Positions 52,026 to 64,000 of a stretch of 64,000 bases of DNA are shown piece by piece. The stretch is from Octopus vulgaris (taxonomy: Eukaryota), in assembly GCA_951406725.2 (NCBI GenBank), contig OX597831.1, forward strand, positions 36,952,001-37,016,000, given 5' to 3'. The translations under genes were made by a program, and so were the position numbers. Position 1 is the first letter of the stretch. Each line of letters begins with the position of its first letter. The notes beneath the pieces were generated by a model. It was given only the letters and a program-made list of their open reading frames with translations. It was not told where the DNA came from and searched no databases.

Positions 52026-52734
52026 AATCCTCCTTTCGCTATCACTTTTGTTCGCCAAGATAGATAAACTACCACAAACAATAAGATATAAAATACAAAA
52101 ATAACCATCAATCTATATACACAGAGAAAGAATAATTATTTTCCAAGACAGTGAAACCAATTATAAATAAACAGAATTTGGAGGAAACGTAAATGTATTT
52201 TCATTTTGAGACTTCTGTCGTCTAGATTCGTAACTAAACTGTCTGTTGGTTTCGAAAGTTAACATTTACAAAGGCAATTCTTTAATAATGAATGGTTTTA
52301 AGATTATTATCTTGCCGAGGAATGTCTGCTGTCTGTGGTGCTACGCTAAAATTGCTAGAATTGATTCTTGCAATTTAATCTGAGAGATCCGGGGTTCGTG
52401 GTTTGAATCAGGTTTATTTTTATTTTTGATTTTTGCGTAATAAATTGCAAGAATTAATAATAATACTTTGTGAGTGTTTGTCACAAGGCCAGCAACTATT
52501 AGGGGTTATGGGATCGATTACATTGACCCCTGTGTTGAAGTTGTACTTATTTTATCGAGCCCGAAAGAATGAAAGGCAAAATCGACCTCGGGAGGATTTG
52601 AACTCAAAACGTAAAGCCAAAAGAGATGGTGCCTAGTACCGAGACAGGCGTCTTATCGGTTCTGTCAGCTCACTGCCCTAAATGAAAGATGAATAATTTT
52701 AGCATTTCAATATCGAAACATTTAAAGATACTCT

Positions 52735-52983
52735 GTTATTTACATTATTTACAATTGACGGATATTTGTCCCCATCTTGTTTGTTGTTAACACAACATTC
52801 CGGCTGATATACACGCCAACCTTCATCAGGTGTCTTGGGGAAATTTCGAACCTGGGTTCTCATTCCTAAAATATTTTTCGACGTTTTTATTATAATTCAG
52901 TTACAGCCTGGAATCGAACTCGGAATCTTGGGGTTAGTAGTCCGCACTCTTAACCACTACGCCATATGTCCATGGGCGTATTC
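52735..52983 (-). mobile_element. Hammerhead-SINE copy with intact Pol III boxes
   Basis: Minus strand: A box TGGCGTAGTGG, B box GAGTTCGATTCC; hammerhead 52789-52834 gacac-CTGATGA-aggttg..cagcc-GGAAT-GT-T-gtgtt. Confidence 0.82.
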
Positions 52984-53007
52984 TGTTATTCTTAGTCTAC
53001 TTTAATA

Positions 53008-53083
53008 CAGCAGTACCTCGGTTTTCGAACAACTATGGTCTCGAATAAATCGTGCTTTATATATATACATATACACACACACA

Positions 53084-53148
<65 letters not shown>

Positions 53149-53195
53149 CACGATTTATTGGTGATCAGAGGCGTTCGTAAACCGAGGTACTGCTG
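53008..53195. mobile_element. pogo/Tigger-like MITE with central (AT)n
   Basis: TA-CAGCAGTACCTCGGTTTTCGAAC ... GTTCGTAAACCGAGGTACTGCTG-TA. Confidence 0.85.
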
Positions 53196-53585
53196 TAATA
53201 AATGAATATGAGAAAGACAGGAGATAAAAAACAATTTATTCGTGATCAGAGTCGAAAAACCGGAGTTAAACCTGGGCTCAAATAGCCGTGGATGATGAAA
53301 AGCTTATATATGAGTAGTAAGTCTATAGTTCAACAATAGCGATTGATTATGTATTTCAAAATAACTGAGGTTAGACCAAAGTTCAGATATAGTGGATTAA
53401 TTATATTATTATAACTGTAGTTATACTATCGTTCAAATGTGATGGATATTGTTGGCTATATAGTACTTGGAGTAGGACTACAGAATAACAATAGTTAATC
53501 TCTGGTTCAACTATTGTTCAACTCGGGAGCCTCTTGTCTTTCTTTTCAAGAAGTAGAGTAAAATTTTGATGAATATGTTTAACTT

Positions 53586-53900
53586 TTGAATTTATGGAAA
53601 TTTGGAACTTTTTCATTCTTAGCAGATCGAGAGACCATGAAAGGAGCACTTGTGTTGGTTCGTGGCAAAACTTGTTATTTGCAGAGAAAGTTTGATGCAA
53701 TAAGAAAAAAGAAAATGGTGCAGAAAATAATTAATGCTATTTCGTTTGGTGTCGCAGAAGCTATGGAGATAGAGAGAGAAGCAAATTTGTTCTCCGTCCC
53801 ACGAGATGGACGAAAAAAAGTACAAACAACATACAAGGACTGACTAAATGAAACAAAACTTCTTTGCTTTAAAAGAGTCATGGACTTCACCAAAATGTAA
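53586..53900 (+). pseudogene. Possible decayed hAT transposase (DUF4371-like) fragment
   Basis: VQKIINAISFGVAEAMEIEREANLFSVPRDG resembles the QNEII..I...V...I..EI.EA.FFSI..DE region of hAT transposases. Confidence 0.4.
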
Positions 53901-55304
53901 TCTCAAAATTATTATATTGGCGGTGACATTATGCTGTGCAAATAAAATCTACAACTATTTTTTTCTTTTCACTCATTTTAGAAAATCATTGAATATGCTT
54001 AACATTCTCATATTTCATACAATTGAATGCATGAGATGATAATAACAATGATTCAATTTGCTTTGTTGAAGCAAGCAACTCAATGAAATATTTCCTTCCC
54101 GTGTTGAAACTCGTTTTTTTCTCTTTTTTTTTTTATGGCGTCTCTTTCTCGTTTTCGTTTTCTTTTACTATCTTTGCCTTCCAATTCAAAACATCGCTGA
54201 TTTCCATCTCTTCTCCTTTATTCAATTCCCTGGTTTTTATTTTGGAATTACCACCTAACTTAATTACATCCCATGGATTACGCAACGATCGCTCAAAAGT
54301 CTTCGTCAGAAATCAAAAGGAAAGCCGTCTGAAGCCAATTCAATCAGCTCAGAGTAATCGGAAAAGCTGTCTAAGATTTCAATACGAGATGCCTTCAGCA
54401 TTGTAAGATGAAATCGTTGATGTCAGGCCAGTGAAAACTAATGAAAGATCTGCCGATAGTAAGCTGACATTAGATATTTCGTATGCAACTCTGTATGTAC
54501 AGTGCAGGAGAATCACCTATCTTTAGCAGTAAATCAGTGACAAGTACAGAAGTGTGGAACAGAAATACTAAAATAAATAGATATGAAGTAAGAAAGAGAA
54601 ATTATTAGTTTCTGAACTGCTGGATACCTACCTGTATGCAGAAGTCATCATTATAGGTTTTAGGTGATGTGAACAAGAAAAACGAAAAGAAATGAAAAAA
54701 TGCGACGTAAGATTTCCTTATCAAACATGATGGCTGGTGCCGTATAATCAGCTCAACTTCTAACAAATGTTTTATTCAATGGAACTGGGTGGGATCATGA
54801 TTTACTTCGATTAAATAAAAGTACGATGGCTCAACGTTTATAGTAGTTGGATGGATTTTTGTAAATCACGTGTTCAGATCATATGACACAGATTATTTTA
54901 TTTATTCAATAGTTCCTGTTACTCGATAGTCAATGATGGACATTGCTTTATTCGAAAATATCAACTAAGCACATAATTTAAACTGCTGCATATTTTATCG
55001 ATCTCTATTTGTAGAACCGAAACTATAAGAGACACTGTATAAAAACGATATAATCTAAACATTAACAGAGTATTCCTTTCTTTCATAAACAGCAAGTTTT
55101 CTGCCACTAAGCTTGATATATTTGTTATAGTTTTACTGTCGACTAATTTTAAATTAAAAAGTGAGCACTTAATGCATGGCTTCACATTATAAAGGTTAAC
55201 GTGCGAAGATGTTAGAACAACTGCATTCAAAGATTGGAAACAAAGAAGCTTCAGGATTCATTCATTTCCCATGCAATATTATAAAAAGATATCTAAAATA
55301 TTCG

Positions 55305-55404
<100 letters not shown>

Positions 55405-55453
55405 CATTCATCCATCCATCCTTCTGTCTCTCCATCTATTTCTCTTTATTTGT

Positions 55454-55523
<70 letters not shown>

Positions 55524-55524
55524 T

Positions 55525-55887
55525 TTCTTTTACTTGTTTCAGTCATTTGACTGCGGCCATGCTGCAGCACCGCCTTTAGTCGAACAAATCGACCCCAGGA
55601 CTTATTGTTTGTTAGCCTAGTACTTATTCTATCGGTCTCTTTTGCTGAACCATCAAGTTACGGGGACGTAAACACACCAGCATTGGTTGTCAAGTGATGT
55701 TGGTGGGACAAACACACACACATATGACGGGCTTCTTTCAGTTTCCGTCTACCAAATCCACTCACAAAGCTTTGGTCGGGCCGAGGCTATAGTAGAAGAC
55801 ACTTGCCCAAGGTGCCACGCAGTGGGACTTAACCTGGAACCATGTGGTTGGTAAGCAAGCTGCTTACCACACAGCCACTCCTACGCC

Positions 55888-55888
<1 letters not shown>
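55525..55888 (-). mobile_element. tRNA-derived SINE (CORE-like family)
   Basis: Family match; CpGs largely retained. Confidence 0.88.
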
Positions 55889-55929
<41 letters not shown>

Positions 55930-55930
<1 letters not shown>

Positions 55931-56201
55931 TTTCGGTGTGAATGTTTTTTTTATTACGGCGCCGTGGTTTACACTCCTGTAAATAATAATGGTATTTTTA
56001 TATAAGCTTAAAGCTTATCGCGATCACCATGCAATGACTAAGGAAAATGGATTAATAAAGGGGCATATAAACCCTCGACAGAAAAAAAACGGCTTTCCTA
56101 TTTCTTTTTTCTGTCGAGGACTCACATACACTTTTAATTAGACCATTTTCCTTAGTCATTGCACGGTGATCGCTCGCCATAAGCTTTAAGCTTATATAAA
56201 A
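55930..56201. mobile_element. Fold-back insertion
   Basis: Arms about 55996-56089 and 56105-56201; left extension back to the (AT)n. Confidence 0.72.
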
Positions 56202-56489
56202 GTACTATATGTGTGTGTGCGTATATATATACATATAGGTCTGTGTGTGTTTGTGCGTGTGTGTGCGTTTGTTTGTGTGTGTGAAACAAAAAGAGAATCA
56301 ATACTAGAATGTAGTGTGTGTTATATTTATTCACTTACATTACAGCAAAGAGTTTCACTATTTCCGATTCTTCTGACAGTAATTTTAGCTTTTCTATTTG
56401 TATTAATCATTAGGATAGCAATAAAAGAATTTATTCCTTTTTAATATTTAAATTATGAATGGCACAATTCTTTATCCGTTATGCAAGTA

Positions 56490-56901
56490 GAACAATAAGA
56501 AAATAGAGGGGTTCAATAGATGGTTCATCAACTCTTAGGTATTATATTATGTCGACTTATTTATTTATTTACTAAAATAACAATTACAAGAATATACATA
56601 CATGTATAAAATATATTATGCTTTACATATAAAAATATATTAATATATAAAGATATCAGTAATTATTAAAATATAACATATAGGAATATAAAGGAATATA
56701 AATATAAAGGAACATAGATTTATATTCCTGTATGTTATATTTTAATAATTACTGGTATCTTTATATATTAGTATATTTTATATGTAAAGCATAATGTGTT
56801 ATACATGTATGTATATTCTTGTAATTGTCATTTTAGTAAATAAATAAGTTAACATAATATAATGTCTAAAATTGATGAACCACCCCCATTTTCTTATCGC
56901 T
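56490..56901. mobile_element. AT-rich fold-back insertion
   Basis: Arms about 56490-56700 and 56718-56901 (caattacaagaatatacatacatgtataa / ttatacatgtatgtatattcttgtaattg). Confidence 0.75.
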
Positions 56902-56920
56902 CTCTCTCTCTCTCTCTCTA

Positions 56921-56960
<40 letters not shown>

Positions 56961-57460
56961 GGTGTATTCGTTTACATCGTTTCACGTATTTCTTCACTTA
57001 TGTCTCTACTTTAGCGTATTCCTTTATTTCCATTGTTCTTGCGCTTAAGGTTCGTTATTTCTCCTATATATGTATCAATTCAACGGATTGATAAGTTGTT
57101 AAAATGAATGTAAGCAAAGGAAAGTAATTCCAACTTCACCACGCCCTTATGCTTGTAGGTTTATTTCTCTATAAAAATTCAAACCTGTACATTTTTTTAA
57201 TGCACCTGTGTTTGTATTGTTTATTATATGCAAGAACGCACTTATGCGTTAGCATATTCATTTGGAATAAAATATATTTCGCTGTATTTCTTTTGTGTGC
57301 TTGCCAAGTCAATGAACCAGCTATTGACACGCATTTTCATAAACAAAAGAAAGCCATTCTAACATCATTTTACCACGCATGGGCACAATATATTCATGCA
57401 GTAAAAGTATTATATTATATAAGACCACAAAAGTCTCAAAACAACTACTGGAACCTAATA

Positions 57461-58026
57461 TTGGGTTGTCCGGAAAGTTCGTGCCGATTTATAGTAGCTT
57501 ACATTTCGACTTATTTTAAAACATAGTTGAGTCCATAAAATAGAATTTGACTACACCTCCATTTAAAGCACAGTCTAAGCTATCTTTTCGTGGAAGAAGG
57601 TTTATGTTCTTATAACCTGTGTTAATTCTGTAACACTTTAAAATAGAAGATAAGAAAGTTCATTTTCGGCACTTGATGCTTTGGGAACCAGACAAAAATT
57701 GCTGCAGCTTGGCTGGGATGTATTACCTCACCCTCCATATTCACCAGATATTGCTCCTTCGGATTTCCACTTAATCAGGTTTCTGCAGAATAGTCTTTAA
57801 GGTAAAAATTTCAATTCCTTGGATGACGTAAAAACATACCTTAATGAATTCTTTGCCATGAAACAACCTCAAATCTGGGAAGAGGGTATTTTCAAGTTTA
57901 AGGAAGGATGGAGACGCATTGTGCAACAAAATGGTTCATATTTGGTTGATTAAAAATGTAATGGCAAGTATTTATTAACATTTTTCTTTCCTTTAAAAAT
58001 CGGCACGAACTTTCCGGACAACCCAA
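57461..58026 (+). mobile_element. Internally deleted mariner (non-autonomous, 566 bp)
   Basis: Perfect TIRs ttgggttgtccggaaagttcgtgccgattt; residual LPHPPYSPDIAPSDFHL. Confidence 0.92.
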
Positions 58027-59790
58027 TGCATAGATATGAAAAGATGCAAACACCTGAGGAGGGAAAATGGAGCCTTTGAATATTGAAAGTAGAATGGCAA
58101 TTTAGTGGAAACTAAAATTGTCCAAATCGTTATTCCATGTTTCTCGTTACCGAGATACCTGGATTTTTATGGGAATGGAACCTAAAATTTCGTTTACAAT
58201 CATACAAAATGATAGTTGATTCATATAGAGTTATAAAAGCAATATTATTAGATAGTGGCATAGGAGTTAATTGAAAAATAGTGGTGACACATAAAGTGAT
58301 AGATGCAAGAAGAAATTGTACAAAGAATGTAAACATCATCAGTACATCCGTGTATATATATGAGAAAAACAAATTCGAAACTTTGCGTTCGTGAAAAATC
58401 AAATATTAGCCGTGCAAAGAAAAAAAGAACTTGTTGCCTTTAAGTGTCTTTAAGTGTCTGCAAATATAGATATAATATGTAAATGTTATGTCATTCCAAT
58501 TTTTGCGAATTTTGTTGCTTCAGGTAACCATTTAGAGGCATATAATTGCGCAGTAATAAATAACTTCGAAATGTATTTACAAAAACTTAACATTTCCAGG
58601 CGTTTATTCGAAACGTTGTCACATCCAATATCAATTATCTATTTAAAAAGAGCTTACAATATATATGTGAATGGAAGCTATCCCGTACGCAGAGAACAGC
58701 ATGACCGAAAATAAACTATTAAATTCCAAATGTCAGACATCCTGTTTCTTTAAAAAAACCGGCGAATGTTTAAGGGAGACTTTCTTTCAAGTTTATTGAA
58801 TATATGAATATATTAATATATATTCGTAAAAAAGAAATTTAATGTAATTCCCTATAGGACTGATACAATTACGGGATTGCTATTACTGGATTAAATTTTA
58901 GTTTAATAGATGAGTGCTTTCAAAGACAACTACTTTTAGAAGCCCAATTAGTTGGGACAATATGACAATAGCAAAGCTCCAGAAATTCTATTGGTCAGAC
59001 CGGAAATATATTAAAGTTCGTTTTCTCATAATATTCACAGATTTAAGAAAATCCGAAAGAAAATTTGGCACAGACCTCTCTAAATATATATGGTTTATAA
59101 AAGAATCAAGGTGACAACGGATTAAATGAATGCTTAAAAATATTAGCATTCTGTAGTCACAGATCGAAGTTTTTATTTTGTAGTTAAATACCTCCATACG
59201 TCTGATATAAGCAGCAATATTCATAAGTATTTTTACGCTTAATATCTCTAATTTCAAATGCAGATGAGGTAAAATAACTACTCTGATTTATAAGCTTCCG
59301 CCAATATATACATACATACATACATACATGCATACATACATACATACATACATACATACATACATACATACATACATACATACATACATACATACATACA
59401 TACATACATACATACGTACATACATACATATATGCATACATGCTTACACATATACATATCAAAAAAATTAACAAAAACAGAAAAAACGGAAAATTTTACA
59501 AAAACATAACAGAAAATTTGTAGCTTATTCGTCATCAGTCAATGCCCAAAAGATCATTACAATTTCGCGGTTTTAATGTTGATATTGTTCACTTTTGGAG
59601 GCGCCAGTGGCGAAAAGCCACTAGGAATAGCTAAAGAATGTACAGGACAATGACAAAATCAGACACGGCAAAATAAAACATACGATGTTTATATGATATA
59701 TATGATATAATATATATATATATGTCAGTAGTTCTCTTATCTGAAAACAGAAGCACACTCTAAATCGTTAAAGCAGTAATACATTTTTTG

Positions 59791-61566
59791 AGGAAGTTAA
59801 AAGTTGTGGCCAGTTATGAAGTGACCATTGGTTTCGCACCTATAGAGCGCTTAGCAGTATAGGCGATTCATCGGACTCGAATGCCTGAAGGCGCATACTC
59901 TCTCTACAACTAGAAGAAATATGTAATGATCAGTTGGTTTGTAAACAAAAGATTGATATCCGTCGTGGAGGCAGGGCGGGGTTATCCCCTTATAGCGGCT
60001 CCGGCCGTGATGATATTCGAAGGAGCTGCGGTGGGCCTCTTCAACGAACGGTGAATTTCAAGTTTGTAGTAGGAAACGTTTTGACTGAATACCTCTTCCT
60101 GGTGCTTAAAAGATCCCCGGGTCAAGCGAGTTCTTTTGGGATTCTTGTCCTTTCTGCGTATCTTATCGGTTTGGCTGCCAGTATCAATTCTGTTCGAATT
60201 GATTTCATATTCAGTGTAATGATTCACTTTTATAGGCTGATTAATGACGCGAAAATCATTTTCGCAATAAATCAATAAACAAGGAGTTATTAACAATTAA
60301 AGTTCGTAAATTTTAGTAATTTTAACCAATCGTAAGCGACAGACGCAGATAGTAAGAAGTGGACATGAGAACTCTTTTGTCTCTCAACGTGACTGTTACC
60401 ATAGTAACAAGCGATTACGAGCAGTTTTTGAAAAGTCCCTTATCTACGAGGAAGCACGTGTTGACAAATTTGACGCCGTGTTCTGTGTGATTATGGAAGC
60501 AATCTCCAGTAACTTCGCTTCTGTTATGGAATCAGTGAAAACAGTGGAGGATATTTTTAAAAATTAAAACCGAAAGTTAAATGTTTGTTTTTTAATGCTT
60601 AAACATTTGTTTTTTAAGCATATTTTGTTCACTCTTATTTTCATATATAATATATGAACATGTACGTATTTTGGAACATTGTCATTTTATAAAATTTTGC
60701 GAGCAAATTTTTAAAGTAACATAAACATTTATTTACATGAACGAAAATTACCAGAGACCTCTCATCTAATTCTTTCAAATGTTTCTGTTAAAAATTGTAA
60801 TGTATTTATCGCATGTAATCTGTTATCTATCGCATTTGCATTAATGCATATTGAATGCGTAAATGTTTGTTTACCCGTTTCTATTTGTCGTTGAAAATTG
60901 AGGTGGTTGTTTTGTGTGCTAAAAATAACAGCTAAATAAGATTTTTTGTGATAAATCTTTTAAATCAACATAAACGTTTATTTACATGGAAGAAAATTAT
61001 CGGAGACATAACACGTGCTGTTTACAAATATTGACAGCATCTACTACTTTCAGGATGTTGACAAAATGTGCAGTCACGCACAAAATGACAGCTTCCAAAT
61101 GCTGTTTTCTGACTGGGTGGAAATGATCAAACTTTAAACTTTGAACTTTAAACTGTAAACACTTTTCAGGAAAAAATGAAATAACTCCAGCAATTCAAGT
61201 GTATTATTGCGCCAAGTTTAAAAATTTTGGGTAAACTTAAATTTTTGAAATGCTGGCAGCCAAACCGATAAGATTCTCGTTCGCTCCTGTTTATAAAAGA
61301 CTCCATTCGTTGTATGCCCCACCATATTTCCGAATATTACCACGGCCGGAGCCGATAGCCGGAGCCGATATGAAAGAGATAACCCAATCCCGTTTGCATC
61401 ACGGACACTACTTGTATTTTCTCCTCTATTTTCACCTCTATTTCCACAGAGGTTATGCGCCATCAAACATTAGAGTTTTATGAGTTGCCTATACAGCTGA
61501 GCGCTTTATAGGTGCGACAGCAATGATCACTCTATGACCGCCATAACATTTATCCAGTAACTTCCT
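59791..61566. mobile_element. Non-autonomous DNA transposon with long imperfect TIRs (superfamily unassigned)
   Basis: Inverted blocks: aggaagtta/taacttcct; tcgcacctatagagcgct/agcgctttataggtgcga; cggctccggccgtg/cacggccggagccg; atcttatcggtttggctgccag/ctggcagccaaaccgataagat. Confidence 0.78.
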
Positions 61567-61567
61567 A

Positions 61568-61656
<89 letters not shown>

Positions 61657-61851
61657 CTCTTTTACTCTGTTATTTGTTTCAGTCATTTGAAACAAATCGA
61701 CCCCAGGACTTATTCTTTGTAAGCTTAGTACTTGTTCTATCGGTTTCTTTTGCCGAACCGCCAAGTTACGGAGACGTAAGCAAACCAACATCGGTAGTCG
61801 AGCGATGGTGGGGGAACAAACACAGACACAAACATATACATATACCCCGCC

Positions 61852-61895
<44 letters not shown>

Positions 61896-61899
<4 letters not shown>

Positions 61900-62072
61900 G
61901 AAATTTAGAGAAAAGCAAAAGACGAAGACAGCTGTATAAACAACAAACAGGTGTATTAGTTTAACGCTCGGGAAGGTGAGAAAAATCTTTTATGTTTCGC
62001 GCCTACGCTCTTCAACAGAACAGAACACAAGGAAATAAACCGAGAAAATAAAATCTTTTGGAGCTAGCGGTC
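61896..62072 (-). mobile_element. PLE-like terminal fragment with degenerate hammerhead
   Basis: Minus strand tctg-TTGAAGA-gcg-tagg-cgc-GAAAC-ATA-aaaga at about 61987-62019; lies between AT-rich tracts. Confidence 0.5.
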
Positions 62073-62094
62073 AAATATATATTTTTATATATAT

Positions 62095-62768
62095 AATTAA
62101 AATCACAATAAGGGTGAAAAAAATTGAATATTAATTAATAACATCAATTTAAAACACCAAGTGGCCTAGCTTAAGAAAACTGTGATACAGTAAAAATTAT
62201 TAATACAAGTAATAAGAGAGAGACCACATGTGGTCACTCTAACGCTAGAAATAGATCCGCAAAGAGAATCCACCACTAAAGAATTGTTCTCGGGCATTAA
62301 TTCAACACACCAAGAATGTAAGCGGACAGGACAAATGAAAAATAACGAAAAAATAGATTAACTCTATACAATTGTTTCATCGTTAATAGATTGTGTAATT
62401 TTACTTACATAATCATTTTCGAATCCTCAGTAGAGTATATCAAAAATATAATTTGCTGAACCGAACGCCAAAATCCATTCGAAGCCGAGCAAAGGCGAAC
62501 GGCACAGCCGATTATATTTGCAGTTACGTTCAAATATCCTAATTGAGGATTCGAAAATGATTATGTAAGTAAAATGACACAATCTATTTACGATGAAACA
62601 ATTGTATTGAGTTAATCTATTTTTTCGTTATTTTTCATTTGTCCTGCCCGCTTACATTCTTGGCGTGTTGAATTAATGCTTGAGAACAATTCTTTAGTAG
62701 TGGATTCTCTTTGCGGATCTATTTCTAGCGTTAGAGTGACCACACGTGGTCTCTCTCTTATTACTTGT
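62095..62768. mobile_element. Fold-back insertion, PLE terminal-repeat-like
   Basis: Arms 62205-62430 and 62543-62768 are highly similar; spacer about 110 bp; left extension about 110 bp. Confidence 0.88.
62361..62436 (-). ncRNA. Type-I hammerhead ribozyme with long stem II
   Basis: actcta-CTGAGGA-ttcg..(gattatgtaa/ttacacaatc)..cgat-GAAAC-aatt-GTA-tagagt: perfect 6-bp stem I, palindromic stem III ACAATTGT. Confidence 0.72.
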
Positions 62769-62849
62769 GTGTATATATATATATACATATATATAAATAC
62801 ATACATATACACACACATACATACATACATGTATATATATATATATACA

Positions 62850-62885
<36 letters not shown>

Positions 62886-63444
62886 TGTATGTATGTATGT
62901 ATGTATTTATGTATGTATGTATGTATGTATGTGTGTATGTATGTATAGAGTGTTAGGTGTGATGTACAGAAGTTGAATATTGAGAAAAAATGTCGTCAGA
63001 ATTTTGGAAAAAATCCTTTTATTTCATTATTATTATTTGCGCTTTCGTTTCTTTCCAGACCTTGTCAAATAAATTTTTGCGAATGTACAAATAGCTTGTT
63101 CATTTATATATATATATATATGATAGCTTTTTTTTTACCGTTTTGCGTATGTACATATAAATTTGATATAACCACACAAATGGAAATAGGTTTTTGTATA
63201 TGGCATTTTTTAATCCATTATTAATTCTAACATTACCAGTGCCAAAGCCTTCCTTTAATTTCCGAAAATCAGCAAAATTTTTATCCAGCAACATTTCCTT
63301 GTCATTTCATGTTAACTAACCAACACTTCAAAAGGATATCCAACGATGCATCTACAAAGTTCAAAAGTTCACATTTCGAAATTTCGTTTTTTATTTCAAA
63401 AAAATATATGCATTGTGATAATACACAACAGGATTTTTTTTTTT

Positions 63445-63866
63445 TAATTGTTTCTGTCATTAGAATGTGGCCACGCTGGAGCATCGTCCTAAAGAAACTT
63501 TAATCGAATGAATCGACCCCGATACTTATTTTTTTAAAAACCTGATATCTTATTGTATCGTTAAAATTTGCCGAACCGCTAAGTTACGGAAATGTAAACA
63601 CACCAACACCGTTTGTGAAGAGATAGCGGGATGAGCTGTGGGAAAGAAACGCAGTGACAAACTCATTTGCAAACACACACAGACACACACAAACACATAC
63701 GCACACATACGAACGGCTTCTTTCAGTTTCCGTCTATCAAATCCACTCACAAGGCTTAGCACAGCCCAAGGCTATAGTAGAAGAAAACTTTCCCAAACGG
63801 GGTCACACAGTAGGACTGAACCAGGAAACAAGAGGTTGGAAAAGAAGCTTCTTACCACACAGCCAT
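63445..63866 (-). mobile_element. Diverged tRNA-derived SINE (CORE-like family)
   Basis: Family match; another partial copy lies at 61655-61835. Confidence 0.75.
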
Positions 63867-64000
63867 GCTTTCAGCATTTTCTAAACAAAAAATCAAGATT
63901 ATTACAAAATTCTTTAAAATATCCTTTTATAACGTAACAGAAACATATTTAGCCCATATAACCAGTAACATTAAGCGAAGTAACTATCACATAACCATCA

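Overview
AT-rich, microsatellite-dense eukaryotic DNA with no host protein-coding gene I can support. The SINE families suggest an octopus (coleoid cephalopod) genome; this is an inference. Most listed ORFs are translated microsatellites or SINEs. Real coding remnants are all from transposons: a Penelope-like (PLE) GIY-YIG C-terminus, mariner transposases, CR1-type LINE ends, an RNase H/zinc-knuckle LINE end and probably hAT. The main signal is about ten fold-back (inverted-arm) insertions, most beside (AT)n tracts. The largest is a near-perfect 2.87 kb palindrome (about 19997-22865) whose axis cuts the GIY-YIG ORF. Six of these hairpins carry intact or decayed minimal type-I hammerhead ribozyme motifs reading outward from the axis, with differing but complementary helices, and most have one longer arm. 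One family joins a tRNA-derived Pol III head to a hammerhead (5 copies) and shows the same fold-back axis at its 5' end in 3 independent insertions, so it is a candidate PLE-mobilised, ribozyme-bearing SINE. CpG decay in repeats also appears to drop near 34.5 kb. All structures were read by eye and repeat boundaries are approximate.
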